A stretch of DNA of 24,912 bases, from positions 1 through 24,912 of the IMG/VR virus record IMGVR_UViG_3300046779_001130. One strand, written 5' to 3'. The notes beneath the pieces are model-generated. The model did not search any database, had not been told where the DNA came from, and saw only the letters and a program-made list of their open reading frames with translations. Positions 8,501 through 17,557 of the stretch are shown piece by piece. The translations under genes and the position numbers were made by a program. Source of the stretch: a virus (lineage: Duplodnaviria > Caudoviricetes). Each line of letters opens with the position of its first letter. The stretch's first letter is position 1.

Positions 8501-11500
8501 TTCTGGAATTCTTGAAGGCATGGCTCTTGATAACGGATCAGGTACTGCTATTTTTGTTACAGGTATATCAGGATCAACAGTTAGTTTTACAGGCCCATTA
8601 ACTGCAAATAAACAAGGATCTACAGAAACATACAATTCTGTGTCAGGAGCATTGGCGAGCCCAATTGGATCTGGTGCTAAATTTAATTTTGCTCGAGTAA
8701 ATGAAACATATCAGTATGTTGGAGTAGCAGATGGAGGAACAAACTATCAAGTAGGTGATAGATTATTAATTCAAGGTATTAATCTTGACGGAGTAACTGG
8801 TGTAAATGATATAACTATCACGGTAGTAAGTGTCGAAAGTGGCGGATCAATTGCTAATATTGATAGTAGTGTACCAATTACTTTTACTGGAACTGCTGCT
8901 TCAGGCGCTCAGACTTACAGCCCAGTATCTCAAAGCACTACTACAGGCAGCGGAATTAATTCAACCTGGAGTGTTTTAAGATCTGATTTAGGCGACTCAA
9001 CCGCAGGAAGTTATACAGTGACTAATATCAATCCTGGTAGCAATTTTATTCCAGGAGATCAAATAGTAGTTACTGGTGACTTATTAGGAGGTGCTACACC
9101 TGCCAATGACTTATACATTACTGTTAATACAGTCGGAGGCTTGGGAGAAATTTCAACTTTCAGTTATTCTGGAACCGGAGTTGGAACGGACGAAATATTT
9201 ACAAATCTTCCTACAACCAATCTTCCTAATCTTGGAAGTAGTGCTACATTTAATATTACCAGAGCTGCTGGGGCATACAGTATTTCAATAGCAAATGCAG
9301 GACTAAATTATCAAACAGGAAATGTAATAAACGTAGCAGGCAGTGCATTAGGCGGAAATAATCCAACTAATAATGCTACTATTACTGTTACGGGAGTAAC
9401 CGGTGGAAGTATATCTTCTGTATTAATTACTGGTAACCCAGTAGTAGGAGATGTATTAGATTTTTATTCAGCATTATCGTTAAGTGAAGTTACTACAGGA
9501 TCAATTCCAGATGGAACTTCTATCGCATTCGCGGCAATCGCAGGTATCCAGGTCACATTTACCACAGCTCATGGATTAGTACCTGGTGCCAGTATTACAG
9601 TAGCAATTAACAGTAACGGTACTAATCACGGATTTGCCGCTGGTCCATTCTTTGTAGAAAGTATTCCAACTGCAAACACAATAAGATATACAGCCAGAAC
9701 CAGCGGTTCTATTGACGTAAGCACTGTGGCGTTAACAGGAACAGTGTACACCAGATCTGATGCATATTTTATTCACAGACCATATGACGGCGGTGTACAA
9801 CTTGGTACAGGCGGACCACAACATGGTGCGCAGGCGATTCGTATGAGTAAAAAATACATACGTTATCAGTCTGGTAAAGGTGTTATGTACACAACAGGTG
9901 CGCTGTTTGCACCAAGTTACGATTTACAAAGTTTATCGGCTACAGGTACAGCAGTTGGATCTTACATCACAGTAGTTACCGATGATGTAGACCACGGATG
10001 TCAAGTAGGAGGCACAATTAAAATTAAAGGTGTAGAAACCGCTGGATATAATGGCACATACACAATTACAGATATTATTAACGAAAGACAATTTAGAGTA
10101 CAAGCTCAAACAGTGCTTTCAAATGTGTATGCTACATTAAGCGGACAAGCACAAATGAGTCTTGTAAATTGGCACGGTGCAACTGTGCGAGCAGGAACAT
10201 TTGATGAACAAAACGGTATGTTCTGGCAGTACGATGGACAACGGTTATCCGTTGGTCGTAGAACCAGTACGTTCCAATTAGCAGGAACAGTGAGTATAAC
10301 AAGAGACACCAACTTGATTACAGGAACTAATACCAGATTCAGAGATCAACTACACGCAGGTGATAAAATTGTTATTAAAGGTATGACTCATGTAGTTGCA
10401 AACATATCCAGTCAAACCAGTATGACAGTGACTCCTGATTACAGAGGAGCAGTTGATGCTGCTAACAGTAAGTTGTGTAAAGTAGAAGATTTTATTTTCA
10501 ATCAAGATCATTTTAATATTGATAGATTAGACGGTAACGGTCCAAGCGGTTACAATGTGGACATATCGACTATGCAGATGATTGGTATTCAATATACTTG
10601 GTACGGTGCTGGATTTATTGATTATATGTTGCGAGGAAGTGATGGTAATTACATAATGGTGCATCGTATTAGAAACAGTAACGTTAATACAGAAGCTTAT
10701 ATGCGTACCGGTAACCTTCCTGTTAGATACGAAGTTATTAATGAAAGTGCTAAAAATAAATTAAAAACTTCAATGACTGCAACACAGACTACTATAGAGC
10801 TTGATGATGCTACAGATTTTCCAAATTCTAACGGAACCGTACTAATTGATAATGAATTAGTTTCTTTCACAGGAAAATCAGGAAATACACTCACTGGATG
10901 TACTCGAGCAGCACCAATGACAAATTTTGTAGCTGGTGCTTCAAGAACATTTACCGCAGGAAGTGCAAGTACACACGAGTATAATACTGGCGTAGTTTTA
11001 ATAAGCAACACTGTAAGTCCAATTATTAGTCACTGGGGTAGTGCATTCTTAACAGATGGTAGATTTGACGAAGATCGCGGATATTTGTTTAACTATGCAG
11101 CTACTAATGTTTCTATTACAACTACTAAGAAAACTGCATTCTTAATTAGATTAGCACCTAGCGTATCAAATGCTATTGTTGGAGACTTAGGAGAACGAGA
11201 GCTGTTAAATCGTGCGCAGTTACTACTAAAAGGTATTGAGATTACATCAGATACTGGTACTGGTGGTATCGTTGTTGAAGGTGTGTTAAATCCACAAAAC
11301 TATCCAATCAGTCCATCAGATATCGCATGGACAGGATTGCAAGGAGCTGCACAAGGCGGACAGCCAAGCTTCAGTCAAATTGCTCCAGGCGGTTCGGTTG
11401 TTTGGAGCTCTTCTGCACAAACTACTGCTACAGCTACTACACAGGCATTCCCTACAGGCAGTATCACAGCGAGGGCACTGAGTTGGAGAGGACCAGGCGG

Positions 11501-12209
11501 AAATAGAAGTTTAGTAAATGGTGAAGATTATTTTGCTATTACAGAAGCTGATAGAAATACATATGTAAGTCAAGGATTAGCAGTAGGTGATAGAATATCT
11601 GGAACAGGAATTCAGTCTGATACAACTATTACTCAAATTGCTTTCTGGTATACCGATGGAACATTAGGTAATTTATATTTTGTTAGAATTAGCCGAACAG
11701 CTAATCAAAATATCAGTGGAAACAGTACATTAACAGTAACTAAAGCATATAACGTATCAGCCACATCAGTTCTATTCTTCCAAAATGCAAGTTGGGTATC
11801 AGCAGGAGCAACTACAGGCACAGAAGTCGATGATAATACTAAATTTCCTGGAGGTACTTTTGTTAGCAGTGCTGTAGCTCAAAGTTATTTTGGAACAACA
11901 TATTATCGTGTAACATTTAATCAGTCAAGTATCGGTGCAGCATTTACACCAGGGACTACTACATTACAATTTAAATTTGGTATTCCACCTTATGCACTAC
12001 CAGGTGAAACTGTATTCTCATTCGTCGCAGGACCAGGAACAACAAGTGTTCTTGATTTAAGTGAATTGAAAGAACTAACAAATACCACACTGGGCGGTCG
12101 AGGAACTTATCCTAACGGACCAGACGTGTTAGCTGTTAATGTGTATAAGGTCGCTGGAGCTGCAATTAACTCTAATATTGTTTTACGTTGGGGTGAAGCG
12201 CAAGCTTAA
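5505..12209 (+). CDS. Giant modular virion structural protein (2234 aa) with N-terminal phycobiliprotein-like helical repeats and Gly/Thr/Ser-rich beta modules
   Basis: GGAG RBS; uninterrupted 6.7-kb ORF; four KCxRDVG(Y/F) repeats; three GxxYxxG(D/N)xxxxxGxxLxG...N(D/N)xxITV modules; three TxxxHGxxxG...Y/F modules; structural-gene neighbourhood. Confidence 0.85.
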   Translation: MAKKRIHNYVFLPGTASSSNAYPNAYTLLVNNKEFIKKESNAFITASIAQDQAINLNANAIGLLTNNKEFLKKEIRAYIAARVAASNGPFAGYTYDADKCERDVGYVIDAYIYDLRYGGNEQIRYVAAQYWLGGTAQVDGDRQAEIWAHTKLRDIIIKYVFTRTLYPTEQVAGVVQNISGSNAETHMQQRLSSLSEILLDVITNGLSVLQEVNVSPNAVTLLENNKEFLKDEITAWIGTQVAGNIAPFVGFTYNSSKCKRDVGFIIEAYIYDLKHNGTEKTREAAQQYWLDGVAQIDGNRDPEVAAHTKLRDLITGYILARIPYSSDQNPIVTTQITSGSAAEAGAVATITTLADIAISIIDNGLVSLTAVNLKPDAVTLLTNNKEFLKDEIVAWIATQVAGSIPPFAGYTYDSVKCERDVGYVIDAYIYDLRYGGQEGIRDIASQYWVGTTAQVDGARTPEVAAHTKLRDIINNNIFPKVSYVSLQSPVVTTQNTSGSAAEAGSTTVITSLASVLTSTISGGLSNLPAVPLTQSLRNFAGYIYDTGKCERDVGYVLDAYANDLRYGGNIETRFIASRYWEGQIPQVDGDRRPEIVTHQFIRDLINYTLFPQVAYTPLQGTVSRYTNGGITYETGALPRIYSLASVITEVVENGLSSLPTRTNGVTQVRVQGKVNLEEVLLITNTTNNQILYNFSSNEFGATVDYFDTYNSNGIPRDDDFASFYEVADYVSTITLDVDTSTCSSTDDIQIFVERNEMTIRPWDFGTDAIERMRVATPQSMLDADFEYGLQPTKWQAIGLLRQYPSVYEIPGTDTAVSTVVTDASVGTANIGASLITVTTVGPHGFTVGTPITIKALANTITGFSRAEGTFLINTVPTSSTFTYYSASKVGTANGQVLATAYTQLRKASFYTGASLGTPSFSIYSAGFSGTITSELITQSGTDQIAFSGTAPSIGAPLTASGINPGTQVTGIVGSGGVAVQTGAALNATIGDTTIDVDNVSGILEGMALDNGSGTAIFVTGISGSTVSFTGPLTANKQGSTETYNSVSGALASPIGSGAKFNFARVNETYQYVGVADGGTNYQVGDRLLIQGINLDGVTGVNDITITVVSVESGGSIANIDSSVPITFTGTAASGAQTYSPVSQSTTTGSGINSTWSVLRSDLGDSTAGSYTVTNINPGSNFIPGDQIVVTGDLLGGATPANDLYITVNTVGGLGEISTFSYSGTGVGTDEIFTNLPTTNLPNLGSSATFNITRAAGAYSISIANAGLNYQTGNVINVAGSALGGNNPTNNATITVTGVTGGSISSVLITGNPVVGDVLDFYSALSLSEVTTGSIPDGTSIAFAAIAGIQVTFTTAHGLVPGASITVAINSNGTNHGFAAGPFFVESIPTANTIRYTARTSGSIDVSTVALTGTVYTRSDAYFIHRPYDGGVQLGTGGPQHGAQAIRMSKKYIRYQSGKGVMYTTGALFAPSYDLQSLSATGTAVGSYITVVTDDVDHGCQVGGTIKIKGVETAGYNGTYTITDIINERQFRVQAQTVLSNVYATLSGQAQMSLVNWHGATVRAGTFDEQNGMFWQYDGQRLSVGRRTSTFQLAGTVSITRDTNLITGTNTRFRDQLHAGDKIVIKGMTHVVANISSQTSMTVTPDYRGAVDAANSKLCKVEDFIFNQDHFNIDRLDGNGPSGYNVDISTMQMIGIQYTWYGAGFIDYMLRGSDGNYIMVHRIRNSNVNTEAYMRTGNLPVRYEVINESAKNKLKTSMTATQTTIELDDATDFPNSNGTVLIDNELVSFTGKSGNTLTGCTRAAPMTNFVAGASRTFTAGSASTHEYNTGVVLISNTVSPIISHWGSAFLTDGRFDEDRGYLFNYAATNVSITTTKKTAFLIRLAPSVSNAIVGDLGERELLNRAQLLLKGIEITSDTGTGGIVVEGVLNPQNYPISPSDIAWTGLQGAAQGGQPSFSQIAPGGSVVWSSSAQTTATATTQAFPTGSITARALSWRGPGGNRSLVNGEDYFAITEADRNTYVSQGLAVGDRISGTGIQSDTTITQIAFWYTDGTLGNLYFVRISRTANQNISGNSTLTVTKAYNVSATSVLFFQNASWVSAGATTGTEVDDNTKFPGGTFVSSAVAQSYFGTTYYRVTFNQSSIGAAFTPGTTTLQFKFGIPPYALPGETVFSFVAGPGTTSVLDLSELKELTNTTLGGRGTYPNGPDVLAVNVYKVAGAAINSNIVLRWGEAQA
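5574..7481 (+). repeat. Four copies of a roughly 160-aa helical domain (NNKEF...KCxRDVGY...DLRYGG...YW...QVDG)
   Basis: Conserved Cys codons at 5802, 6276, 6753 and 7149 (aa 100, 258, 417, 549; spacing 158, 159, 132 aa). Confidence 0.95.
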
Positions 12210-12646
12210 AGACTGTCTATTATATCAATAATACTTTGGATCTTAGTTTGTATGATTTTATTACGCAGACTAAGATCCAATGCTTTATGTAAAGGTTTAG
12301 GAGGATTTTCTAAATTAAACCAGCCCCATGCTTCGTGCTCGTTGCTTAAAGTTGGTACAAACTCTTGATTTACCACACAGAAAAATGTATGAAAATTAAA
12401 CATACTGTCATTGCTGACAAATTTTTCCAAAGGTAATGTTTTTTTAATATCAGGCAGAAGTCCGAGCTCTTCTTCAATTTCTCTTTGAAGTCCTTGCCAC
12501 GCAGTCTCGTTATCGTGATTAGTTCCGCCCACTAATCCCCAAAGGCCACGATGTTTACCGTTGGCTTTTTGAAGTAATAAGAATCTATGTGTATCTTTGG
12601 CGCAGATTAGTGCGCCCGAACAATCAATTAAAGTTCCAGTCTCCAT
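12206..12646 (-). CDS. Nudix hydrolase
   Basis: Complete Nudix box G-TNHDN-E-TAWQGLQ-REIEEELGL (GX5EX7REUXEEXGU). The stop overlaps the giant ORF's stop (TTAA); the exact start is uncertain because of a 19-nt overlap with the upstream gene. Confidence 0.9.
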   Translation of the reverse strand: METGTLIDCSGALICAKDTHRFLLLQKANGKHRGLWGLVGGTNHDNETAWQGLQREIEEELGLLPDIKKTLPLEKFVSNDSMFNFHTFFCVVNQEFVPTLSNEHEAWGWFNLENPPKPLHKALDLSLRNKIIQTKIQSIIDIIDSL

Positions 12647-14220
12647 AAGCCTTTTTTGTATTCGCCTTCGAACGATTTAACCCAACTTACACCGTTCCAT
12701 TTATATTGTACAAGTGTATACAAATTTGTTTGATAAATCAACTCGTCCGACGATTCTTTAGCACTAAAAACAATATGCCACTTTGAACCGTCCCATTCGA
12801 TTATATCATTAGCGTCGGCTAAAAAATCGCTATCGTCGGCGTTTTTCCAAGCATCTGGACCATCTTCATTTAGATTTAACTTATAAGTCACTGTACTACC
12901 AAAGTCAATTGCTGATGCAGTTACAAGATAAAACATTTCATTATTGTTTAATGACGTTGCAGAAGTCAGTGTTCCGTCAACATATAACTCCCAACTGTTG
13001 ACTTTATCAAATTCTATGCCGGTGTTAATTCTTTTAGAGGAATTATTAGTTACAAAAGTTTCGATAACTCCACCGCCGATACTTTCTAGTATTAGGTATC
13101 TGGTTCCAACTACTGGTGATAATCCTGAGCCTGGACCTGTCTTAGTAGGATCTATAACAGCATCAAAACTCCCCCAAGCGGTGTTTAATCTGCTCGGCCC
13201 TTCAATTAAGTCGTTTGTAGGATATGTATCTTCGTCCCAATTAGCAACTAACAGTGTTTCGTCTAATGTATTAAGCGCAACATACCCTACAACTTCTGTC
13301 CCGTCTGATTGTGTAAGATAAATTTTGCTTAAACCAGCGGTGTATTTTCCAGGATGTTGATCAAATATTACACGCCAATTAAGATAAGTTCCGTTATTGT
13401 TTTTGTTAATTCTTATAATATTTTGATCTACTATAATATCAAAGCTTCCTATAGTAGTCTTTCCTACAGTAAGTAAATCACTAAAACTGGGACTACCGCC
13501 AGTACCTAAATCCATGCCCATACCGTCAATATATGATGGATCTCCTTCGCCTGTATTTCCAAATATATTATTAATTATTTTAGTTACTATTCCTAATCTT
13601 TTTACTTTAACTGGAGGACTTAGGTATACTGGAGTTTTTAGCATCAGTGTGGCGATGTCTATGGCTATATTTGTTCCTTGAGGAATACTTCTACTACTAA
13701 AAGTAACATCTTCTAATTCTACTACACTTAAACTGGTCCAGTCGATGTAATTATCAGTAGTTTGAATTTCTAAACTTGGATTAAAAAATGTAAGTATTTG
13801 TTCAAGTATTTGTAATTTTTGATCAGTACTGCTGCTCCATATGTCTACTTTCAATGTTAAATTGAATGGTGTAGGCATTAGTCTTTCAACAGTGTAATTT
13901 TGTCCTGGAGAACTGGTATATTCATTAGTATTAGTATCAACATCTCTTTCTCTAATATGTATTTTACCAACAAAAGAAGCGTCTCCGAGTCTACTTCGAT
14001 CTAAATCTAAATCAGAAATATAAACTGCAATTCTTGGAGTAGATTGTAAAGTATTTTCACTATTCTGATTTACAATCGCCGCCGCTTGTCTATCTGGATC
14101 ACCATACATTACAGGAACTCTAACTATGGTTCCGTCAGAATATTTTACTGTAAAATTACTAAGTAGTCTAATAATTTGTAAAATGTATCGTCTTATTTGA
14201 CCGTCATAAAAATGCAACAT
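12628..14220 (-). CDS. gp15: T4 gp15-like tail sheath stabiliser / tail terminator with long C-terminal extension
   Basis: HFYDGQIRRY...VPVMYG...PRIAVYI..LDLDRSR...PTPFNLTLKVDIW...QILEQILTFFNP matches gp15-family motifs; adjacent to gp14/gp13-like genes. Confidence 0.8.
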   Translation of the reverse strand: MLHFYDGQIRRYILQIIRLLSNFTVKYSDGTIVRVPVMYGDPDRQAAAIVNQNSENTLQSTPRIAVYISDLDLDRSRLGDASFVGKIHIRERDVDTNTNEYTSSPGQNYTVERLMPTPFNLTLKVDIWSSSTDQKLQILEQILTFFNPSLEIQTTDNYIDWTSLSVVELEDVTFSSRSIPQGTNIAIDIATLMLKTPVYLSPPVKVKRLGIVTKIINNIFGNTGEGDPSYIDGMGMDLGTGGSPSFSDLLTVGKTTIGSFDIIVDQNIIRINKNNNGTYLNWRVIFDQHPGKYTAGLSKIYLTQSDGTEVVGYVALNTLDETLLVANWDEDTYPTNDLIEGPSRLNTAWGSFDAVIDPTKTGPGSGLSPVVGTRYLILESIGGGVIETFVTNNSSKRINTGIEFDKVNSWELYVDGTLTSATSLNNNEMFYLVTASAIDFGSTVTYKLNLNEDGPDAWKNADDSDFLADANDIIEWDGSKWHIVFSAKESSDELIYQTNLYTLVQYKWNGVSWVKSFEGEYKKGLWRLEL

Positions 14221-15515
14221 TATAAATCTGCCCTTGGTCTTAATGCTTTAGATAGACTTTGACGTTCTGAAACTTGCTCTCCATCTATTGTATTAGTGTT
14301 TGTATTATTAGTGAAACTGGTTCTTAAAGTATTTCTTGAATCAGTGTTAGTCATGGTCATTCGAATATCATCTTCTCGTTTAACCCAACGTGCTCCATTA
14401 AATCTAAATAATCTATTAGGCATAAAGTCAGTTCTTAAAAAATAATCGCCCTCTCTGGAATTAGTAGGAAATATAATACCGTGTCCAAAGTCCACTCCAT
14501 TTTCAGGTATGCCGTCGCCTAATAAGTATCCAGTATACCCTGCTCTTTCAGGTCTTTCATGTATTCTGCTCGTATCTAATACTGTTGTACTGGCATCTTC
14601 ACCAGTGATATCAGCAGTAGTTAGAGCTGGCTTTCCTTGATCATCTAAAGCCAATGTGTAAAAAGTTCTGGTATCATATCCACTTCGTGGAGCATCTGCT
14701 TCTGCTTGTGCTATAATAGCATCGTTAATTTCAAGATTTTTGTTCGCTGTGCTTAATATATCGTTTAGTGTAGTATCACTGTAAACTGAAAAATAACTGG
14801 CATTAGGCGGAGCATTTCCAGTAGTAGTATTAGTAACAGTATAAAGAGTTCCTTGATAACGAACTATTTCTCCTGGATTGTAAGTTCTGTCAGGATCATA
14901 ATCTCCTACATAGTTTGCATCTTGATCTGTAGGGCGTTTTAAGATATCTGCATACTGTTGACTGTCGCTGATTTTCTTTAATTTTAATCTATATAAATGC
15001 GGCCACCAAGTTTGACTAAAGCCTTCAGCAGCACGACCAACATCTTCGATTACGAAAAATCTTGGCAACGATATATCAGCATCATTTAATGCAAATTGAT
15101 CTTTAAGGTGCGGAAGTTCTAGCACGTCTCCTGCTAAAGGTTTGCGCCCTATAGTAGTAACAAAGTCATTGATATGCACAGTCATATAGACCATGTCGTT
15201 ATCTAAGAATAAGCCAAATTGACTTAGATTGAAATCAATGTCCTGTACTTGATAGTGCCCACGTATTCTGTAAATATCCTCACTGTATTTTCTGTCACGA
15301 TTTTCTAAAAACAGTAAATCTTGAATGTTAGTTTCTTTAATTACATCGTAATGTGGCTGATCTGCTGTAGCTTGATCCACGGGTGTATTTTGAGGACCCA
15401 GATATTTGTGCAGATAAACATCAGTGCCGCCCACAGTGAACATTTCACGAATTTGGCGGTCTATAAATTTGTAATCGTGTCCTTTTTCAGGACGAAATAG
15501 TGATATACGCGGCAT
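14220..15515 (-). CDS. gp14: T4 gp14-like neck (head closure) protein
   Basis: LSQFGLFLDND...F...GRKPLAGDVLELP...FFVIEDV matches the gp14 SKFG...PxxGDxIxxP...FxIxxV pattern; TAATG-coupled to the gp15-like gene. Confidence 0.7.
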   Translation of the reverse strand: MPRISLFRPEKGHDYKFIDRQIREMFTVGGTDVYLHKYLGPQNTPVDQATADQPHYDVIKETNIQDLLFLENRDRKYSEDIYRIRGHYQVQDIDFNLSQFGLFLDNDMVYMTVHINDFVTTIGRKPLAGDVLELPHLKDQFALNDADISLPRFFVIEDVGRAAEGFSQTWWPHLYRLKLKKISDSQQYADILKRPTDQDANYVGDYDPDRTYNPGEIVRYQGTLYTVTNTTTGNAPPNASYFSVYSDTTLNDILSTANKNLEINDAIIAQAEADAPRSGYDTRTFYTLALDDQGKPALTTADITGEDASTTVLDTSRIHERPERAGYTGYLLGDGIPENGVDFGHGIIFPTNSREGDYFLRTDFMPNRLFRFNGARWVKREDDIRMTMTNTDSRNTLRTSFTNNTNTNTIDGEQVSERQSLSKALRPRADL

Positions 15516-15522
15516 AGTACAA

Positions 15523-15539
15523 TATTTAGCGAATAAATA
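15523..15539. promoter_or_regulatory. Back-to-back late-type promoters driving divergent neck genes
   Basis: CTAAATA on the minus strand (15523-15529) and AATAAATA on the plus strand (15532-15539) within a 39-bp intergenic gap. Confidence 0.65.
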
Positions 15540-15554
15540 CTACTGGAGATCTAT

Positions 15555-16334
15555 ATGCCAGCGAACCAAATAGAAAGTACAAATCCTCAAGAAGTTAAAC
15601 AAAAAGTCTACGATTACTGTCGTACTATGTTAGGTGACGGTATGGTAGATGTTGAGCTTGACCCTATACATTATGAAACTGCACTGGACAGAACATTAGC
15701 AAGATTTAGACAGCGTAGTCCAAACAGTGTTGAGGATAGTTACGTATTTCTAACTTTGGAAAAAGATCAAAATGACTACGTTCTACCGCAAGAAATAGTC
15801 AATGTGCAAAGTGTTTTTAGACGCACATTAGGATCAAGAACTGGTGGCGGAACTGGTACTAACTTTGAACCATTTAACTTGGCATATACAAACACATATC
15901 TGTTAAACAGCACTATGTTAGGCGGTATCGCAACATATTACATGTTTGCCAGTTATCAAGAAATGGTGGGTAAAATATTTGGTAGTTACATCGAGTTTCA
16001 ATGGATTCCTACTACAAAAGTTCTTAGAATATTACAGCGTCCATTTACAGAGGGTGAAGTCATAATGCTTCGCTGTCAAAATTATCGACCAGATTATATA
16101 ATAATCGAAGACTATTTGGCTAAACAATGGGTAAGAGATTACACTTTAGCGAACTGTAAACTGATGTTAGGCGAAGCACGTAGTAAATTTGGCGCTATTG
16201 CTGGTCCTGGAGGCAGCGGTCAGCTCAACGGTAATGATTTGAAATCAGCAGCTAAAGAAGAAATTACCGCATTAGACAAAGAGTTGGAAACATTAGTAGC
16301 AGGCGGAACTGGCTATACATTTGTAATAGGATAA
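15555..16334 (+). CDS. gp13: T4 gp13-like neck (head-tail adaptor) protein
   Basis: LGDGMVDVELD...ALDRTL and WVRDYTLANCKLMLGEARSKF...PGG..QLNG......A.EEI..LDKEL match gp13-family termini; GGAG RBS. Confidence 0.8.
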   Translation: MPANQIESTNPQEVKQKVYDYCRTMLGDGMVDVELDPIHYETALDRTLARFRQRSPNSVEDSYVFLTLEKDQNDYVLPQEIVNVQSVFRRTLGSRTGGGTGTNFEPFNLAYTNTYLLNSTMLGGIATYYMFASYQEMVGKIFGSYIEFQWIPTTKVLRILQRPFTEGEVIMLRCQNYRPDYIIIEDYLAKQWVRDYTLANCKLMLGEARSKFGAIAGPGGSGQLNGNDLKSAAKEEITALDKELETLVAGGTGYTFVIG

Positions 16335-16335
16335 T

Positions 16336-16692
16336 ATGAAAGTATTTGAAATTATAGTTGAAGATAAGGAAAAAAAGCTTTCTAAAACTTTAAGAAATGC
16401 TGGTCCTCACGCCAGACAATATGACGATATTGATCAATATTATGGCATGTACAGGTTTGGAATCGCAATGGCAAAGAGTCCAGACGATCCTGGATATGCG
16501 GAAGGACCAGCGAAGGATATTCCTGCTGTATGGATGTATACCGATGCAGATGAAGAAATTGTAAATCGAGCAGAAAAAAATCAAGGAATCAAAGGTAGAA
16601 CTATTGTTCAAAAAGGCCCAAGCGAAGAAAACAAATCTATCAATACTACAAGTCCGGTTGCAAAGACGAAACGAAACAAATACGGTGTTTAA
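16336..16692 (+). CDS. Hypothetical phage protein
   Basis: Fills the gap between the gp13-like and lysozyme genes with 1-2 nt spacing; N-terminus MKVFEIIVE. Confidence 0.75.
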   Translation: MKVFEIIVEDKEKKLSKTLRNAGPHARQYDDIDQYYGMYRFGIAMAKSPDDPGYAEGPAKDIPAVWMYTDADEEIVNRAEKNQGIKGRTIVQKGPSEENKSINTTSPVAKTKRNKYGV

Positions 16693-16694
16693 AA

Positions 16695-17525
16695 ATGAGA
16701 CTATTTGAATTAGATACACGAGCAGATAAAGATATTATTAACCTTAAACCGTTAATTAATCGAGATGTCATAGAGTTCGGAGTAGAAGGCTCTAATGTAA
16801 AATTATATCAAAGAGCACTACAGTCTGTAGGAATTACACCTGGGCCTATCGATGGCAAGTTCGGACGTCAAACAAAAGCAGCAACCATAGTTTTTCAAAA
16901 CAGTGTACATATTGAACCAGATGGCATAGCCGGTCCTAAAACTTTAAGAAATTTACAAGATGTTTTAGATGGAAAACGTGAATTAAAAATAGCGCCAAAA
17001 TCTGATGATTCAACAATTAAAGTAAAAGATCTTCCTAATCCTGAAAATGCAAAAACAATTTTTGAAAAATTTAAAGATGAAGGATTCAATGACATTCAAT
17101 CTGCGGCATGGGTAGGATGTATTACCGGAGAGAGTGGTAACAATCCTAATGCAGTAGGACCCGAAATTAACAAAAAAACAGGCGAAAGATATAACAGTTA
17201 CGGACTTTGCCAATGGAATAAAGGCAGATTTAAAAACTTACAAAAGTTTGCTAAAGATAAAACAGGTAATCCTAATGGATGGAGAAACAATGTAAGTCTA
17301 CAAGTAGATTTTGTCATGTGGGAGTTAGATAACTGGAGCAATATCATGGGATCTTCAACAAATCCATTAAGTTCAATAACTGCTCATACTAATAATTTAG
17401 AAAAAACATTGTATAATCTTATAGCAAATTTTGAAAAACCTGCAAATAAAGAATTAGCTTTCAAAAAAAGATTACCATATGCTAAGTCAGCATTAAGTAA
17501 TTTTGGATCAGTAGATATAAAATAA
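16695..17525 (+). CDS. Peptidoglycan-binding domain plus phage tail lysozyme-like domain protein
   Basis: VKLYQRAL..G..PGPIDGKFGRQTKAA...FQ......DGIAGPKT (PG_binding_1 pattern), then AAWVGCITGESG.NPNAV...SYGLCQW...R...L...QVDFVMWEL...FEKPA (tail lysozyme pattern, catalytic Glu in GES). Confidence 0.85.
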   Translation: MRLFELDTRADKDIINLKPLINRDVIEFGVEGSNVKLYQRALQSVGITPGPIDGKFGRQTKAATIVFQNSVHIEPDGIAGPKTLRNLQDVLDGKRELKIAPKSDDSTIKVKDLPNPENAKTIFEKFKDEGFNDIQSAAWVGCITGESGNNPNAVGPEINKKTGERYNSYGLCQWNKGRFKNLQKFAKDKTGNPNGWRNNVSLQVDFVMWELDNWSNIMGSSTNPLSSITAHTNNLEKTLYNLIANFEKPANKELAFKKRLPYAKSALSNFGSVDIK

Positions 17526-17528
17526 TTC

Positions 17529-17557
17529 TTGACAACCTGACAAATTTTGTATAAATT
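17529..17557 (+). promoter_or_regulatory. Sigma70-like promoter for the dNMP kinase
   Basis: Perfect TTGACA (17529-17534), 17-nt spacer, TAAATT (17552-17557); AAGGAG RBS follows. Confidence 0.6.
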
